From Octopus vulgaris (Eukaryota): a DNA stretch of 64,000 bases. The notes under the pieces were generated by a model. That model had not been told where the DNA came from, made no database searches, and saw only the letters and a program-made list of their open reading frames with translations. Of this stretch, positions 1 through 14,099 are shown one piece after another. Position 1 is the stretch's first letter. Each line of letters begins with the position of its first letter. Location: contig OX597819.1 in assembly GCA_951406725.2 (NCBI GenBank), forward strand, positions 104,284,001-104,348,000. Reading direction: 5' to 3'. Position numbers and translations under genes: made by a program.

Positions 1-146
1 CGTACACTCATACACATACACGTACGCACGCGTTATATTCATACATACAAACATCTACATACGTTCACGTATATACACATACGTACTCGTACCTACAGAT
101 TCGTGTCTACACTTTAGGAGGCTAGTCTATACATATACACCAATAA

Positions 147-178
<32 letters not shown>

Positions 179-221
179 ACATACACACACACACATATAC
201 TCCTACATACAGATACATACC

Positions 222-277
<56 letters not shown>

Positions 278-479
278 CATACACACACACACATATATAT
301 ACACACACATACATACACATATATATACATACACAAACATATATACACACATATATATATATATACACACATACACACACATACATACATATACACACAA
401 ACACATACATACGTATACATACATACATACATCCATACATCCATACTTACATGCATTTATACGCATACACACACCCCCA

Positions 480-514
<35 letters not shown>

Positions 515-1236
515 TCACACATACATATACAAATATACGCACACACATACATACATACACGTATACGCATACACGCACATACACATATACATGCGTACCC
601 ATACACGTGCACACACGCACGTGCATCCATATATATACACACACATATATACACGTGTGCAAGCATACATACATACTCATACACGCACACATACTTACAT
701 ATACATATATGCACACACTTACACACATATATACATACACATATACATGCATACATACATATATGCATACATACACATACACGCACATACACATATACAT
801 GCGTACCCATACACGTGCACACACGCACCTGCATCCATATATATACACACACACACATATATACACGTGTGCAAGCATACATACATACTCATACACGCAC
901 ACATACTTACATATACATATATGCACACACTTACACACATATATACATACACATATACATGCATACATACATATATGCATACATACACACACGCGCACTC
1001 ATATATATATATATATATATACACATATATACACACACACACATATATATATATACACATACATATATACACATACACATACATACACACATACATATAC
1101 ATACACATACACATACGTACATATATATATATATACACATATATACACATATACACATACATATATACACATATACATACATATACATACACACACACAT
1201 ACATATATACATATACACTGATACACATACCCATAC

Positions 1237-1271
<35 letters not shown>

Positions 1272-1354
1272 TATACACATGCATATACTTATATCTCTAC
1301 ATACTCACATATAAACATATATACATATACACACACATATATATACATGTACAT

Positions 1355-1389
<35 letters not shown>

Positions 1390-1733
1390 CCTATATATAC
1401 ATATATATATATACACACACACACACACATACATATACACATATACATGTATACATACGCAATAATGATACACATATATACACATACACACACACAGACA
1501 GATGCATATACATACATATATATATAAATTACATATCTATATAAATACATACATAATACACATATACACACACATATATATACATGCATATACATATACA
1601 AATATACATACACATACATACACACACACGCGCGCACATACATATACACACACACATATACAAATACATACATACACACATACACACACACACATATATA
1701 CATACATGTACACATATACATATATATATATAT
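1..1733. repeat. Compound (CA)n/(TA)n/(CATA)n microsatellite field with an internal ~208-bp duplication
   Basis: Simple-repeat composition; block starting ATGCGTACCCATACACGTGC occurs at 591 and 799. Confidence 0.9.
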
Positions 1734-1734
1734 C

Positions 1735-1955
1735 AACAAGGGAGGGTAAAGTTAATTAGTTATTAATCAATTTCACCAAGTATTCAGTATGTAAAGGGAC
1801 CATTATTATTTTGAGTAAACAATGTTAGAGGGAAAAAAATTCTCTAAGTAGTGGAAGAGGCTAAAAAACTTTATTGGCTGCTATTTCTAGAAAGTTTAGT
1901 ATGTGGCAAAGTAATTTATTTTATTTTACTAAGCCCTAATTATATAATATTTTAT
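1735..1955. mobile_element. Fragmentary copy of the non-coding PLE-terminal-repeat-like family also found at 54648-55250
   Basis: Shares ACCAAGTA(GTG)TTCAGTATGTAAA, TTGGCTGCTATTTCTA...TGTGG(C/T)AAAGT and CCCTAATTATATAA with 54648-55250; flanked by AT/AC microsatellites. Confidence 0.6.
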
Positions 1956-2249
1956 ACATACATACACATACATGAACACATACATTTACACATACATATG
2001 CATATACGTATATACACATATACATACAAACACATATACATATATACACACACACACACATACAAGCACATACATATATATATATATATATACATATATG
2101 CAAATATATATACATATATATATTTTTACATGCATACATACACACACACACACATAATACATGCGTATATTCCTACTGTACTCATGCATTTCTATACATA
2201 TATACATGCATACGATACACATATACAAGCGTGCACATACAATATGTGA

Positions 2250-2387
2250 AAGGTCTTTCTCTTGAATGAAACAGTACTAGTCCTGTACTAGTCCTGTAGA
2301 AGCTCCTTCTATATAATAAATTAATTTTACTCTGCTATGTATTGAGTACCTTACTTACTGTGGTTAACCCCGAATCAACCCGGGACC

Positions 2388-2390
<3 letters not shown>
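2250..2390 (+). mobile_element. PLE-type terminal repeat fragment with the 3' half of a hammerhead motif
   Basis: GAAAC-AGTACT(palindrome)-AGTC at about 2267-2282, then AATAAA and a 3' end running into (TA)n; CUGANGA half absent. Confidence 0.4.
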
Positions 2391-2446
<56 letters not shown>

Positions 2447-2448
<2 letters not shown>

Positions 2449-4411
2449 GGAGAAGCGCACAGCTAACAACTTCTTAACCACCAACAACGAAATCCCACCC
2501 CTATATGGCCTTCGCAAAGATCACAAGAGCCACACGGACAATATACTTGGGCCACCCACCCGACCCGTTTGTGGTGCCAACAATGCAAACAACCACAAAA
2601 TATCATACTTTCTCTCACAATTCCTACGACCGTTAATAGAACTATCTGCAGATGTATGTGACAGTACTGAGGACCTCCTTAGCAGGATCCGCGAATGCAA
2701 CAACACGTGTGACCTCAAGAACCACATCGTGGGTAGCATGGATGTGGTATCACTATACCCCTCCATCGATATAGACTTTGCTGTCGATAAATGTATAGAA
2801 ATAGTTAGTGAGAGTGGTATGATATTTAAGAATGTGGATGTATATGAACTAGGGCTCTTCCTGGCCCTGACGTGTACCAATGAATACCTGTCGCGCAATA
2901 ACCTTCTATATGCTTGTCCCACCCGTAACAAACGCGGTAGACCACCTACCATTACCTCGGCTTACAGGAAGACTCACTGTGAGCGTTGGCAGGGATGGAC
3001 AAAGCCGGACTACCCACCCTCAAGTGCACACGATATTAGAACCACCATCGCACATGCCATCGGTGTCAGCCTGAGATTTACGCTAAAAACACATATTTTT
3101 AAATTTGACAACAAACTGTATAAGCAAACGAAAGGCGGTGCTATTGGAGTGGGGATCGCCGGTGACGTTGCTAACCTCTTCATGGTATGGTGGGACAAGC
3201 GTTTTAAACAGTGCCTAGCAAACCGTAACATCCACTTGGCTATGTACTCTCGTTACGTCGACGACATTAACCTTGTTGTGAAATGTAATACAGACACAGT
3301 TATGGGCCCTCTACCAAGTGAAGAACAGGTGATGACATCTATACAACACATAGCTGACTCTATCCACAGCAGTATAAAACTTACCATAGACTACCCCTCT
3401 AGACACCCCAGTAAACGATTACCCGTCCTAGATACTGAGCTATGGATGGAAGACGCTATGGTTAATGGTACCATTAAACCATGTATACTCCACTCACACT
3501 ATCAGAAACCGATGGCTAATCCACTAGTAATCCGTAGTGACTCAGCTATGTCGGATACTGCCAAACTCAACATCCTAGTGGCAGACTTAGTTAGAGTAAT
3601 GAGGAATGTATCACCACTATGCCAACCACAAGAACGACAACAACACATCCAGCACTACATATTCCGAATGCAACGTTCCGGATACACACAAGACGATAGA
3701 GTCAGGGTGTACAAAGGAGCGAAAGCTAGATTCGAACGCATTCTAGGGAACGACGAAAACGGTATATGCCCCCTGTACCGCAACAAGTTCTGGAATAGGT
3801 TAGAGAGGGACACCAACAAGAAGATGAGAAACGTTACTTGGTACGATAACAGGAGATTTCACGGAGTGATGTTCGTTGACGCCACACCTATGAACGAGCT
3901 AAGTAAGGCATTCAAGAAAGTCCTGCGCACTACGGGCCTAAAAGTTAAAGTTGTAGAAAAGACAGGTAGGACTATCAAATCGGCATTATGCAGATCATAT
4001 CCATTTGATAGAATCACCTGTCAGAGTAATTGTGCAGTGTGTTCGACAAATCCACACGTAAATTGTAAAACCAAGGGCACTGTATACCAGATTAAGTGCC
4101 AGGAGGGAGCTTGCGCGGCTAACCCGGAGTCATACATAGGTGAGACCTCTAGAAGCATCAATGATAGGTTCAAAGAACACCTGGACAACTACATTGAAAG
4201 GAAGCCAAACTCCATCTTCTACCAACATGCTGTAGACTGCCACAAGGGATCCTTAGGGGAGCTTAAGTTGAACATCCTATCTACACATCCCACCGATGCA
4301 ATGTTGAGACAGGTCACAGAAGCTGTTTGTATACAAGAATACAAACCTACTCTCAACCGAAAGTCCGAATGGAATAACATCCAGATCCCATTCAGAAGGA
4401 CTATTCTATAA
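2447..4411 (+). CDS. Penelope-like retroelement (PLE) polyprotein, RT + Cys-rich linker + C-terminal GIY-YIG endonuclease; Naiad-like; 5'-truncated but otherwise stop-free
   Basis: The frame of ORF 2729-4411 stays open upstream to a TAG at 2444-2446, adding SEKRTANNF...PPLYGLRKDHK...PTRPVCGA. RT motifs: GSMDVVSLYPSI, YKQTKGGAIGVGIAG, YSRYVDDI, LPVLDTELW, HYQKPMAN. Linker CQSNCAVC...C. Endonuclease GTVYQIKC...SYIGETSRSINDRFKEH...HAVDCH...RQVTEAVCI...LNRKSEW. Starts directly after a (TA)n tract. Confidence 0.93.
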
Positions 4412-6159
4412 CCACCCCTCTCTCTCTCTCCCTTTCACCTGTAGTCCTTACATACAGGTTGCAATGCGTATGTGCAGTTATATACAACGGTATGAGCAGA
4501 CGTTGTTTGATACGAACAGTTGCACCTAGGCGTTGTACCCATTCACGGTTAGACGATGATGAGAGGAACAAACACACACCCACACACACATATATATATA
4601 TGTGTGCGTCTATACAAACATATATGTAAATATGTATACAACCTTCAGCTAAGTAACAGTCATGTACACAACTTGGACGGACACATGCCAGTACACGGAC
4701 ATACGTTCACATACACATACACATGTACACACTCTCACGGACACATCTGCCCATTCTCCTAGACACTCACATACATACGTAGCACATGAATACAAACATA
4801 CATACATACCTACGTATGGGCATACACACGTACATACGCACGTACATGTACACACACACATACATGGGCACATGCATACGGGCGCGTATACATACATACG
4901 CACATGCGTACGTATGTACATACATACATACATACATACATACATACATACATACATACATACATACATACATACATACATACGCACATACATACATACA
5001 TACGAACAATAGTAAAACATTAGTTCTGTGATATAGAGATAAAAATCTGATAATAGATTTCAGGGTATAGTTCTTGTGAGCAAGCGTCATAAATTCACTT
5101 TCTAGCCTCGGCCGTAGGGAGTTGAAATTTGATAGCGTTGTGATGAGTGGTCACTCTACATCCATCCATCGCTACAGGTTTATAACTTTATGTTTTATAG
5201 AGTGTATGTGCGTGCTTATACACACACATACATATATACATACATACATACATACATACGTACATACATGCATACACAGGCGTATGTGCGGACATGAATA
5301 CGTACATACATACACACATGTATGCATACATACACACATACATACGTACATACATATATATGACGAACTAACTGTTACTTTCTTAGATGCAGCACGGACT
5401 TTGTCAGTGAACAGGTCGCGGATTTTAGCGACGAAAATATTTTGACAAATTAAACTTAAATGTTGGAGTGAATCGAACGGCTTTTGTGTGTTTCTTAAAT
5501 GGCTTATAAACACCTCCCACGCTGCAATTGTTTTCGTTTCAGCACACGATCTCAGATCAAATTACTTGCTATGCGAGTACATCTCCGTAGTGCTACTCCT
5601 AACACCAGCCGTTTTTTTCTCTATCTCCGTTGCCCGCTCCGGGATCTTTCTTTCCTCTCTCTTCCTTCTTTATGTTTCCGACGAAGAGCTCCGCTCGAAA
5701 CGTCATACCTCCCTGCTTCCATTTCCTGAGCGCCTATTAATAATAATACTGTAATTGTTCCCTTGTTGTTGTTTTTTTGTTTCCCGTTTGGATTAAAATT
5801 ATATATATATACGACGGGCTTCAACACGGTTTCCATCTACCAAATTCACTCAGCACTGGTCGGTCCTGCACGAAATAGTAGAAGGCACTTGCGCAAAGTG
5901 TCGCACAGAGAGACTGATCCAGCATAACCATGCCTGCGCATGCACACTTTTCTTTCACTTTTATCTTTTCTCACTTTCTCTCCCCTTCTCAAGCCCTCTA
6001 TTACCCACAATGCTTCCTTTCAATGTCTCGTTCGTCCTCTTTCTTACTTTCTCATGTTTTCTTCATTCACATATATTTCCAATTCTTTCCTTCTCTATTT
6101 TCAATCAAATTTGTTTTATCATTTTCACTCCGGCAGTTTCAGTTTTTTATGACATTCAA

Positions 6160-6520
6160 TTTTGTACATTATTTACGTTATTTACAATTAACGAATATTT
6201 GTCCTCATCTTGTTTGTTGTTAACACAACGTTTCGGCTGATATAACCTCCAGCCTTCATTAGGTGTTTTGGGGAAATTTCGAACCTGGGTTCTCATTCCT
6301 AAGGTATTTTTCGATGACCATGACACTGTGATACACGATCCTTATTGATCGTTTTTTATATTTTCCTTTGTTTCTTTCCTTTTTTTTTCTTCTTTCCCTT
6401 TTACGATCCCTTTTGATCGAAAACCTACCCCACCTTTTTTTTCCCAAAACAAGAAAAGCTCTACTTTGTAATCTGTCCCGTCTGTGTGCAGCCCTCTGTG
6501 GCTAACAAAGAAACATATTA

Positions 6521-6592
<72 letters not shown>

Positions 6593-6645
6593 TTACTGCC
6601 TGGAATCTAACTCGGAATTTTGGGGTTATTAGCCCGCGCTCTTAA
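6160..6645 (-). mobile_element. Inverted copy of the same tRNA-head/HHR element, 5'-truncated, interrupted by a ~200-bp LINE-3'-like insertion
   Basis: Reverse complement reads TTAAGAGCGCGGGCTAATAACCCC...GATTCCAGGCAGTAACCTG-(AAT)n-[insert 6320-6522]-CATCGAAAAATACCTTAGGAATGAGAACCCAGG..., matching 6664-6870. Confidence 0.75.
6222..6267 (-). ncRNA. Minimal type I hammerhead ribozyme with a core mutation (CUAAUGA, G5A)
   Basis: rc: AACAC-CTAATGA-A-GGCTG-gaggttatat-CAGCC-GAAACGTT-GTGTT; stems I and II pair; palindromic AACGTT stem III. Confidence 0.75.
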
Positions 6646-6900
6646 GGGCATATGGCGTAGTGGTTAAGAGCGCGGGCTACTAACCCCAAGATGCCGAGTT
6701 CGATTCCAGGCATTGACATGAATAATAATAATAACATCGAAAAATACCTTAGGAATGAGAACCCAGGTTCGAAATTTCCCCAAGACACCTGATGAAGGGT
6801 TGTGTTAACAACAAACAAGATGAGGACAAATATCCGTCAAATGTAAATAATGTAAATAATGTACATAATTCCTCATCTCTTAAATATAGAACTGTATTCA
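6646..6900 (+). mobile_element. tRNA-headed SINE-like element with (AAT)n spacer and hammerhead-derived tail (stem II/GAAAC deleted in this copy)
   Basis: A box TGGCGTAGTGG 6653-6663, B box GTTCGATTCC 6698-6707, (AAT)n, then ACAC-CTGATGA-AGG..GTT-GTGTT at 6785-6806. Confidence 0.75.
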
Positions 6901-7755
6901 ATTTTGTCTCTTCCATCTTTTTCTCTAATTTACCTCACTCTTCTTACAGTTACAGTTCTAGTTTTTTTCTAATTTATGACCCCCTTCCATTTTCTTACTT
7001 ACTTAACCCCGCTTTCACTTTTAAAATCGACATACATCTCGCGTGCGTCTATACACCATCTTTTTTTTATCCTATACAGTCTTTCTTTCAGCATTTTACT
7101 CCACCTTTCTAAATTTGATTCCATCCTGCAAAATGTCCTTCTTACTCCCTAAGTCCCTCTCTTTTACTCACTCACAGCTTATCTCACGTTCTGCTTTCAT
7201 ATTTTCTCTTCCATCATTCAACTCCAGCCTTAAATTACATAGTACTCTTCCCACTCGTTCATATTTGTTCTCTTAATTCACAAGCGTACCGCGCATTCTG
7301 CTCCCCGATTCTTTAGTTTGAAAATTACTTCGCATCCTCCTCCTCTTCTTTCATATTCCCCCTCCTCCCCCTCCTCCTCCTCCTCCATCTGCTTTAACTA
7401 TCTTTAAAAAGACATTTCTCCATTCACATCTATATCGCTTATTACTCCTCCCTTCATTTAAATTCAGCTTTCATACTAACTTCGTTTTCCGATATATCTC
7501 CATTCCTCCCCCACTTCATTTTTTCTCCCCTTCTCTTTGCTTCAGTTTTACTCCTCCTTTCACTTCAGCTTCCATATATCGTCGCATCATTATTAAATAT
7601 CCACCACCACAATAAATCATTCTCTTACTCTACCTCCTGTTCAGTTTTTTCCTGTTTCCATCTGCACCAAAACTTCAGAATTTCACCTGTTTATTCTTTA
7701 TCCTGTTATATATGAAGATAATGCCGTAGATAAATTATATCAAAAGCAGTATGCA

Positions 7756-7828
<73 letters not shown>

Positions 7829-7904
7829 CTCTATCTATCTATCCCCCCCCTTTTTTTATTTATTTATTATTTTTTTATTTTATTCCCCCCTTTTTTGTCC
7901 TCTT

Positions 7905-8027
7905 TCTTTACCTTTACGATCCCTTTTGATCGAAAACCAAACCCCCTTTTTTTTACCCCCAAAAGAAAAGCTCTACCTTGTAATTTGTCCTCTCTGTGTG
8001 CAGCTCTGTGTGGCTAATAAAGAAACA

Positions 8028-8030
<3 letters not shown>
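7905..8030 (+). mobile_element. LINE 3'-UTR-like fragment (second copy of 6400-6520) ending in a (CTAT)n tail
   Basis: TTTACGATCCCTTTTGATCGAAAACC...AAAAGCTCTAC..TGTAAT..GTCC..TCTGTGTGCAGC..TGTGGCTAA(T/C)AAAGAAACATAT present at both loci. Confidence 0.55.
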
Positions 8031-8124
<94 letters not shown>

Positions 8125-8344
8125 GTCTGTCTGTCTGTCTGTCTATCTGTCTGTCTGTCTGTCTGTCTGCCTATCTATGAATCTGTCTATCTATCTATCA
8201 TCTACTTGTCTTTCCCTCTGTATACATGTATGTATGTATGTATGTATGTATGTATGTATGCATGTATGTATGTATGTATGTATGTATGTATGTATGTATG
8301 TATGTATGTATGTATGTATGTGTGTGTGTGTGTGCGTGATTGTA

Positions 8345-8376
<32 letters not shown>

Positions 8377-8673
8377 AATCAGATGTTATATATATTGGAG
8401 ACTACTGAACTCTAGCAGCGGAGGAAACCCACTCAGTTACATTAATGTTATGGGAAGAGACATACTGCACGAAATTTAGGACCTATCGTATCTAATGGGT
8501 GGGACAAACGTACGTGGCATTGCAACCGCTTCAAGAAAAAGGCTGAGTAGTGCTTGAATTACACACACTTACTCACACGCACGCGCTCACGCATACACAC
8601 GCGCTCACGCACACACACGCGCTCACGCACATACATATACACATAAATGTACATATGTATATATGTATATGTG

Positions 8674-8875
<202 letters not shown>

Positions 8876-8995
8876 TATATTGGCCTGCTCGCTTAGCCAG
8901 CGGGGTGGCGTCATTTCAAGGCTAAAACAATGCGAAGCGCATTGTGACTAGCGATGTGTAGCAACATCTGATAGCCTGGTCGGTCACGTGACGTG

Positions 8996-9054
<59 letters not shown>

Positions 9055-11513
9055 CGGTTCGGCAAAAAAGAGACCGATAGAATAAGTACTGGGCTTACAA
9101 AGAATAAGTCCCGGGGTCGAGTTGCTCGATTAAAGGCGGTGCTCCAGCATGGCCGCAGTCAAATGACTGAAACAAGTAAAAGAGAAAAAGAGAAAGATAT
9201 ATATATATATATATATACATATACATATGTATATGTATATATATATATAATCGTAGTACCCGTAAAAAATGATGTGGTTTATTTCTGTCTCAGTAAATCC
9301 TGATGTTTCTGCTTCAAGTGTTTCTCCGTTTTTATCTCGTGTTTCATTTTCTCTCCCTTTAGTTATTCTTGTTCTTTTTGATCGGAGCTTCTCTTCTGTT
9401 TCTTCTCGTGTTTCTATATTCCCTTTCTCAATGTTTCTACCTTGCTCCTCTTTCATATTTCCCCATCTTGCCCTATATTTTACTAACTATTCATCTCTCT
9501 TTCTGCTGACTACTGTACTGTTTCTTGATCCGTTTCCTTCCCAATATTTCACATGTCTATTAATGTAAATACCCCTCTCCCCATTCTATCGCTGTGTCTC
9601 TCTCATTTCCCATGTAAACAGGTGTTGACGTCCATGAACCTCCATGGCAATGTCTGAAGATGCAATCATTTCCTTTACCTGTAACCTTCTGCTAGTTTAT
9701 TTATGATTTACTCTGTTAATCTCCTGCTCCCCGAGTTTCACCAAAAGAACAGCTTATATTTATCCTTCAGGGAAAAGGGTAGTTTGCGTGACAACAAAGC
9801 ATGTTCACACAATGGTGGGCTTCGGTTACACACGTCTACAGGGCCAGTATCTATGTGACTCCTGTTTGCCTTAGTCACAGGATCATCTGTTTTGGCACGG
9901 ACCTGTGTAAGTGCGAGTGTATGCCAAAGCAGACATGAGAGGAGCAGTGAGTGAAGGACTAATTTTATACTTCCCCAAACTCCTGTGCTCCTTAAATTTG
10001 TTTATAGCAGCGTTTCTCGCTATTTTATTTCTATTAGTAAACCCATTGCTTTTAGAGTGTAGATAGACACCAACAAACAAAAACGGGATTATACACATAT
10101 AATCTCTCTCACGTACATGTAAACATATATACATATATACATGTATTGTATGCATATGTACACACACATACACACACACGCATACTCACACATACACACT
10201 CACACAAACACGCATGCACACACCAGAGACACACATACATATACGCATATATTCATACAGACAGACATTCATACATACGTATATACATAGATTTAAACAC
10301 ACAGGGCCGCAATATTATTTTTTAAATCGGTTCATGAATGTATTGTTCGTTATTGTTTTCCAAAACTGATTTTCAATTGACTATTAGCACTCCGCCCTCA
10401 CTCTGCAGTGACACCTCTCCTCATCGCCGCTACCAACATACAGACATCCCCATAACCACCGGCGCCACCACCACCATCATCATACCCATCATCACGAACA
10501 ACAACGACAACAACAGCAACACAATTCTCACTACATACCCCTATCTTTCCATGTTTTCTGATCACTCCCTCCTCACTTTCCACATATCCCAGTCTCTCTT
10601 TACCCACTTCCTTTAATCAATCTACGCCTAGTGTCTTCGCACTCCGCCCCGCATCACACGCAGCACGCACACACACATACACACACACACAACCCCCCAC
10701 ACGGTGCACCACGCACCCCACGTTCTGCGTCCCCCTCCCCACTGCATCTACACACCACCAGATTTCGCGCGGGTAAATTCATGCAAAGCTATTAATGTAA
10801 GCGTGTTTTAGCCGTCAGCTCTTCGGCTGTTGGCGAAGCCAGTGTAAGCATATTGCAGAAAGTAGAGAGTTTTATTATATATTTCGATTGACTTTCAAAA
10901 ATCAGATTAATGTTAAATAAATAAATTTTTAAATATAAATAGAAATTCTTGATTTGTTTTTTTTTCTTATATTATTATTATTATTATTATTTTGCTTTCA
11001 TTTTGCCTCTCTTCCTCTTTCTCGTCTTCTGATTCACATCTATCCAACACCTCTTTGTATAAATTTCTTTTACTTACCTTCATTTATCTTACTTTCCCTT
11101 TCTACTTTCACATTCGCAGTTGAGTCTCTATATAGTCTGTAACTCTTTCTCTCTTCCTCTCTCTCTCAGCATATATATCTATATATATTATATGTATGTG
11201 TGTGAGTGTATTGATATATGTGTGATTGTATATCTTGCTCTTTCTTTTAAGCGCAGCTTCTCTCTCTCTCTCTGTCTCTCTCTCTTCCTTCTACACTCTC
11301 TTCTCCCGGAAATTAAACACACGAAAATACCTATTGCTGTTTCGGATAAGTGAAGCTTTGGATAATAGAGGATGTTCTGTATTTTCGTCAATTCGTAATT
11401 ATTTTTGCAGCCAGATGCACTTTTGTTTAATCTAAATTTCGGATACACACAGACACTCATACACACACACACACATAGCCTAAGCAATCTGAATATTGCA
11501 AAAAAGAACAAAT

Positions 11514-11598
<85 letters not shown>

Positions 11599-11880
11599 GT
11601 ATATATATATTTGTATGTGTGTGTATATATATATATATATATGTAGATATCTATGCGAATGCATATGTATAATGTTTTATATCTATATCTATTTCAAATA
11701 AGTAATGGCTCTGATTTAAAAATTGTGGCCATGGATTTAGGATTAAATCAATATAGAGCTGTTACCGTAATTAATGTTAAGAATTTCAGCCGAATAAATG
11801 CCTGTGATATTAAAAGATATCTAACTCTATCTCCCGCATATAGACACGCGCAACATATAGGCACGCAGGCATTCACTTTT

Positions 11881-11936
<56 letters not shown>

Positions 11937-12333
11937 TCCTTCCTTCTTTCTTTCTTTCTTTCTTCCTTTCTTTCTTTCTTTCCTTCCCTCCCACACACAC
12001 AAGCACACACTGCGCGCACACATATGCTAATATAAACATACATACGTCTTCATACAGACATACATGTAGGTATGAGTGTGTGTATATATATACATATATA
12101 CGTATAAATACACACACATACATATATGTATACTCATGCAAAAATATATACGTAAATACATATGTACACACGTATATGTATTTATATACATCTGTATCTC
12201 TGTAAGTTTGCATGTGTGTGTAACAGTGATCTCCATAATATTTACAAGTATATGTGAATGTATAAAAACATTAATATATACATGTATTTACATATATATA
12301 TATTTATATACACACACGCATGCATGCACACAA

Positions 12334-12382
<49 letters not shown>

Positions 12383-13214
12383 TATACACACACATCCATC
12401 CTCACTCACACATAAATACACACATACACATATATGAATAGAAAGCAGTTATTAACACGAACCTACTTCATTTTGCTTATATCTACATCTTTACATTAAT
12501 CGAATATTTCAACAGAAGCATCGTCTTCGTTTTGCTTCGTTTTCGTACGAGCCAGAAACATTTTGGATTTTAATTTGTTTTCCATTATAAAAATGCAATA
12601 CAAATTCGTATTTCGTTGTAGATATTTTATTACAGCGCACAAAACGTAGATAAACCAGTAATTATAAAAACAAAAATATATTACTGCTTGACAATTTTTT
12701 TGGTGGGGAGAAAGCGTGAAATTAAATGACTTCGAATGTGGTAAATAAAATATTGACTAAATTCAAATGAAAATAGTGTATTTGATTGCCTTTACATCGT
12801 AATTTAACAAACACACGCATACACATACTCACACACAAAAGGAGAAAAAATTAGACAGACATACGCATGAACAGAACATCATTTAATGTTGCAAAATAAA
12901 GCTGTTATTGTGTGTCTTTGTAGATGCTGGCTGTTCAAAAACTATCGTCTGCTTTTTATAAAAATTATAAACTGAGCTCTCGTTACAAGGTTTTCTTTGT
13001 TTCATATTTAATATTGACGTTCTTGTTAGACACAAGGCCATAAATTTGAAGGGAACAATTTTTGTTTTTGGTGGTGATACTTTTTCTCAAATGTATTAAT
13101 TTCGTGAATGAAGTTTAATGACTTCAACTGGGATGTAAAATAACGAGGCTGTCTCGTCTTATTGCTTGCGTTAGGTCCACACGACATATTTGCCTTTAAT
13201 ATTAATATAAGCAG

Positions 13215-14020
13215 GGCGGCGAGCTGGCAGAAACGTTAGCACGCCGGGCGAAATGCTTAGCGGTATTTCGTCTGCCGTTACGTTCTGAGTTCAAATTCCG
13301 CCGAGGTCGACTTTGCCTTTCATCCTTTCGGGGTCGATTAAATAAGTACCAGTTACGCACTGGTGTCTATATAATCGACTCAATCCGTTTGTCTGTCCTT
13401 GTTTGTCCTCTCTGTGTTTAGCCCCTTGTGGGTAGTAAAGAAATAGGTATTTCGTCTGTCTTTACGTTCCGAGTTCAAATTGCGCCGAGATTGAATTAAG
13501 TACCAGTTGCGTAGTGGGGTCGATCCAATCGACTGGCCCTCTCCCCACAAAATTTCGGGATGTGTGCCTAGAGTAGAAATGAATATTAGCAGAAACAAAA
13601 TAAAGCGGCGACTGGCAGATTGTTCGGACGTCGGGCAAAATGCTTAGCAACATTTCATGTCTTTACATTCTGAGTTCAAATTCCGCCGTGATCAACTTTG
13701 CCTTTCATCCTTTCGGGATCCATAAAATAAGTACCAGTTGAGATTGCGGTCGATGTAATTGACTTACCCCCTAATCGAAATATCTGGCCTTGTGCCAAAA
13801 TTTGAAACTAGTATTAATATAAGCAAAATAAGGCGGCGAGCTGACAGAATCATTAGCAGGCTGGACATTATGTTCGAGTTCCCATGCTGCCAATGTCGAC
13901 TTTACCTTTCATCGATAAAATAGTACTAGTTGAGCACTGGGGTATGGGGTCTATGTAATCAACTTCATCCTCCTTTCATCGTTGCTGGCTTTGTGTCAAA
14001 AATTAGAAAGAAATGTTAAT
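13215..14020 (+). mobile_element. Tandem cluster of tRNA-derived SINEs with a Meta-domain-like central box (about 4 units)
   Basis: Head GGCGGCGAGCTGGCAGAA..., B-box-like GAGTTCAAATTCC, central GCCTTTCATCCTTTCGGGGTCGAT..AAGTACCAG; repeated many times in this window. Confidence 0.85.
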
Positions 14021-14099
14021 ACACACACTAATGCAGTGATTTGCCAGAATATATAGAACCGGATACCGAAGCTCTATTGATTTTGCCAAAACTCTAGAG

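Noticed and set aside
114-2249. Numerous YI/HT/CV-rich ORFs here and throughout the window
   Set aside because: Translations of (TA)n, (CA)n and (CATA)n microsatellites, open in several frames on both strands; not genes
2521-2952. Antisense ORF overlapping the PLE RT
   Set aside because: Shadow of the plus-strand coding frame with no recognisable motifs
4010-4250. Selenoprotein-type Naiad (in-frame UGA plus SECIS)
   Set aside because: The Cys positions use TGT/TGC, there is no in-frame TGA in the ORF, and I could not identify a convincing SECIS downstream
6646-6716. Functional tRNA gene
   Set aside because: Acceptor stem does not pair well, no oligo-T terminator, and it is fused to a repeat body with an inverted copy; treated as a SINE head
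9255-10100. Unique-looking stretch, possible exon or LINE fragment
   Set aside because: No motif I can assign with confidence; probably decayed TE sequence
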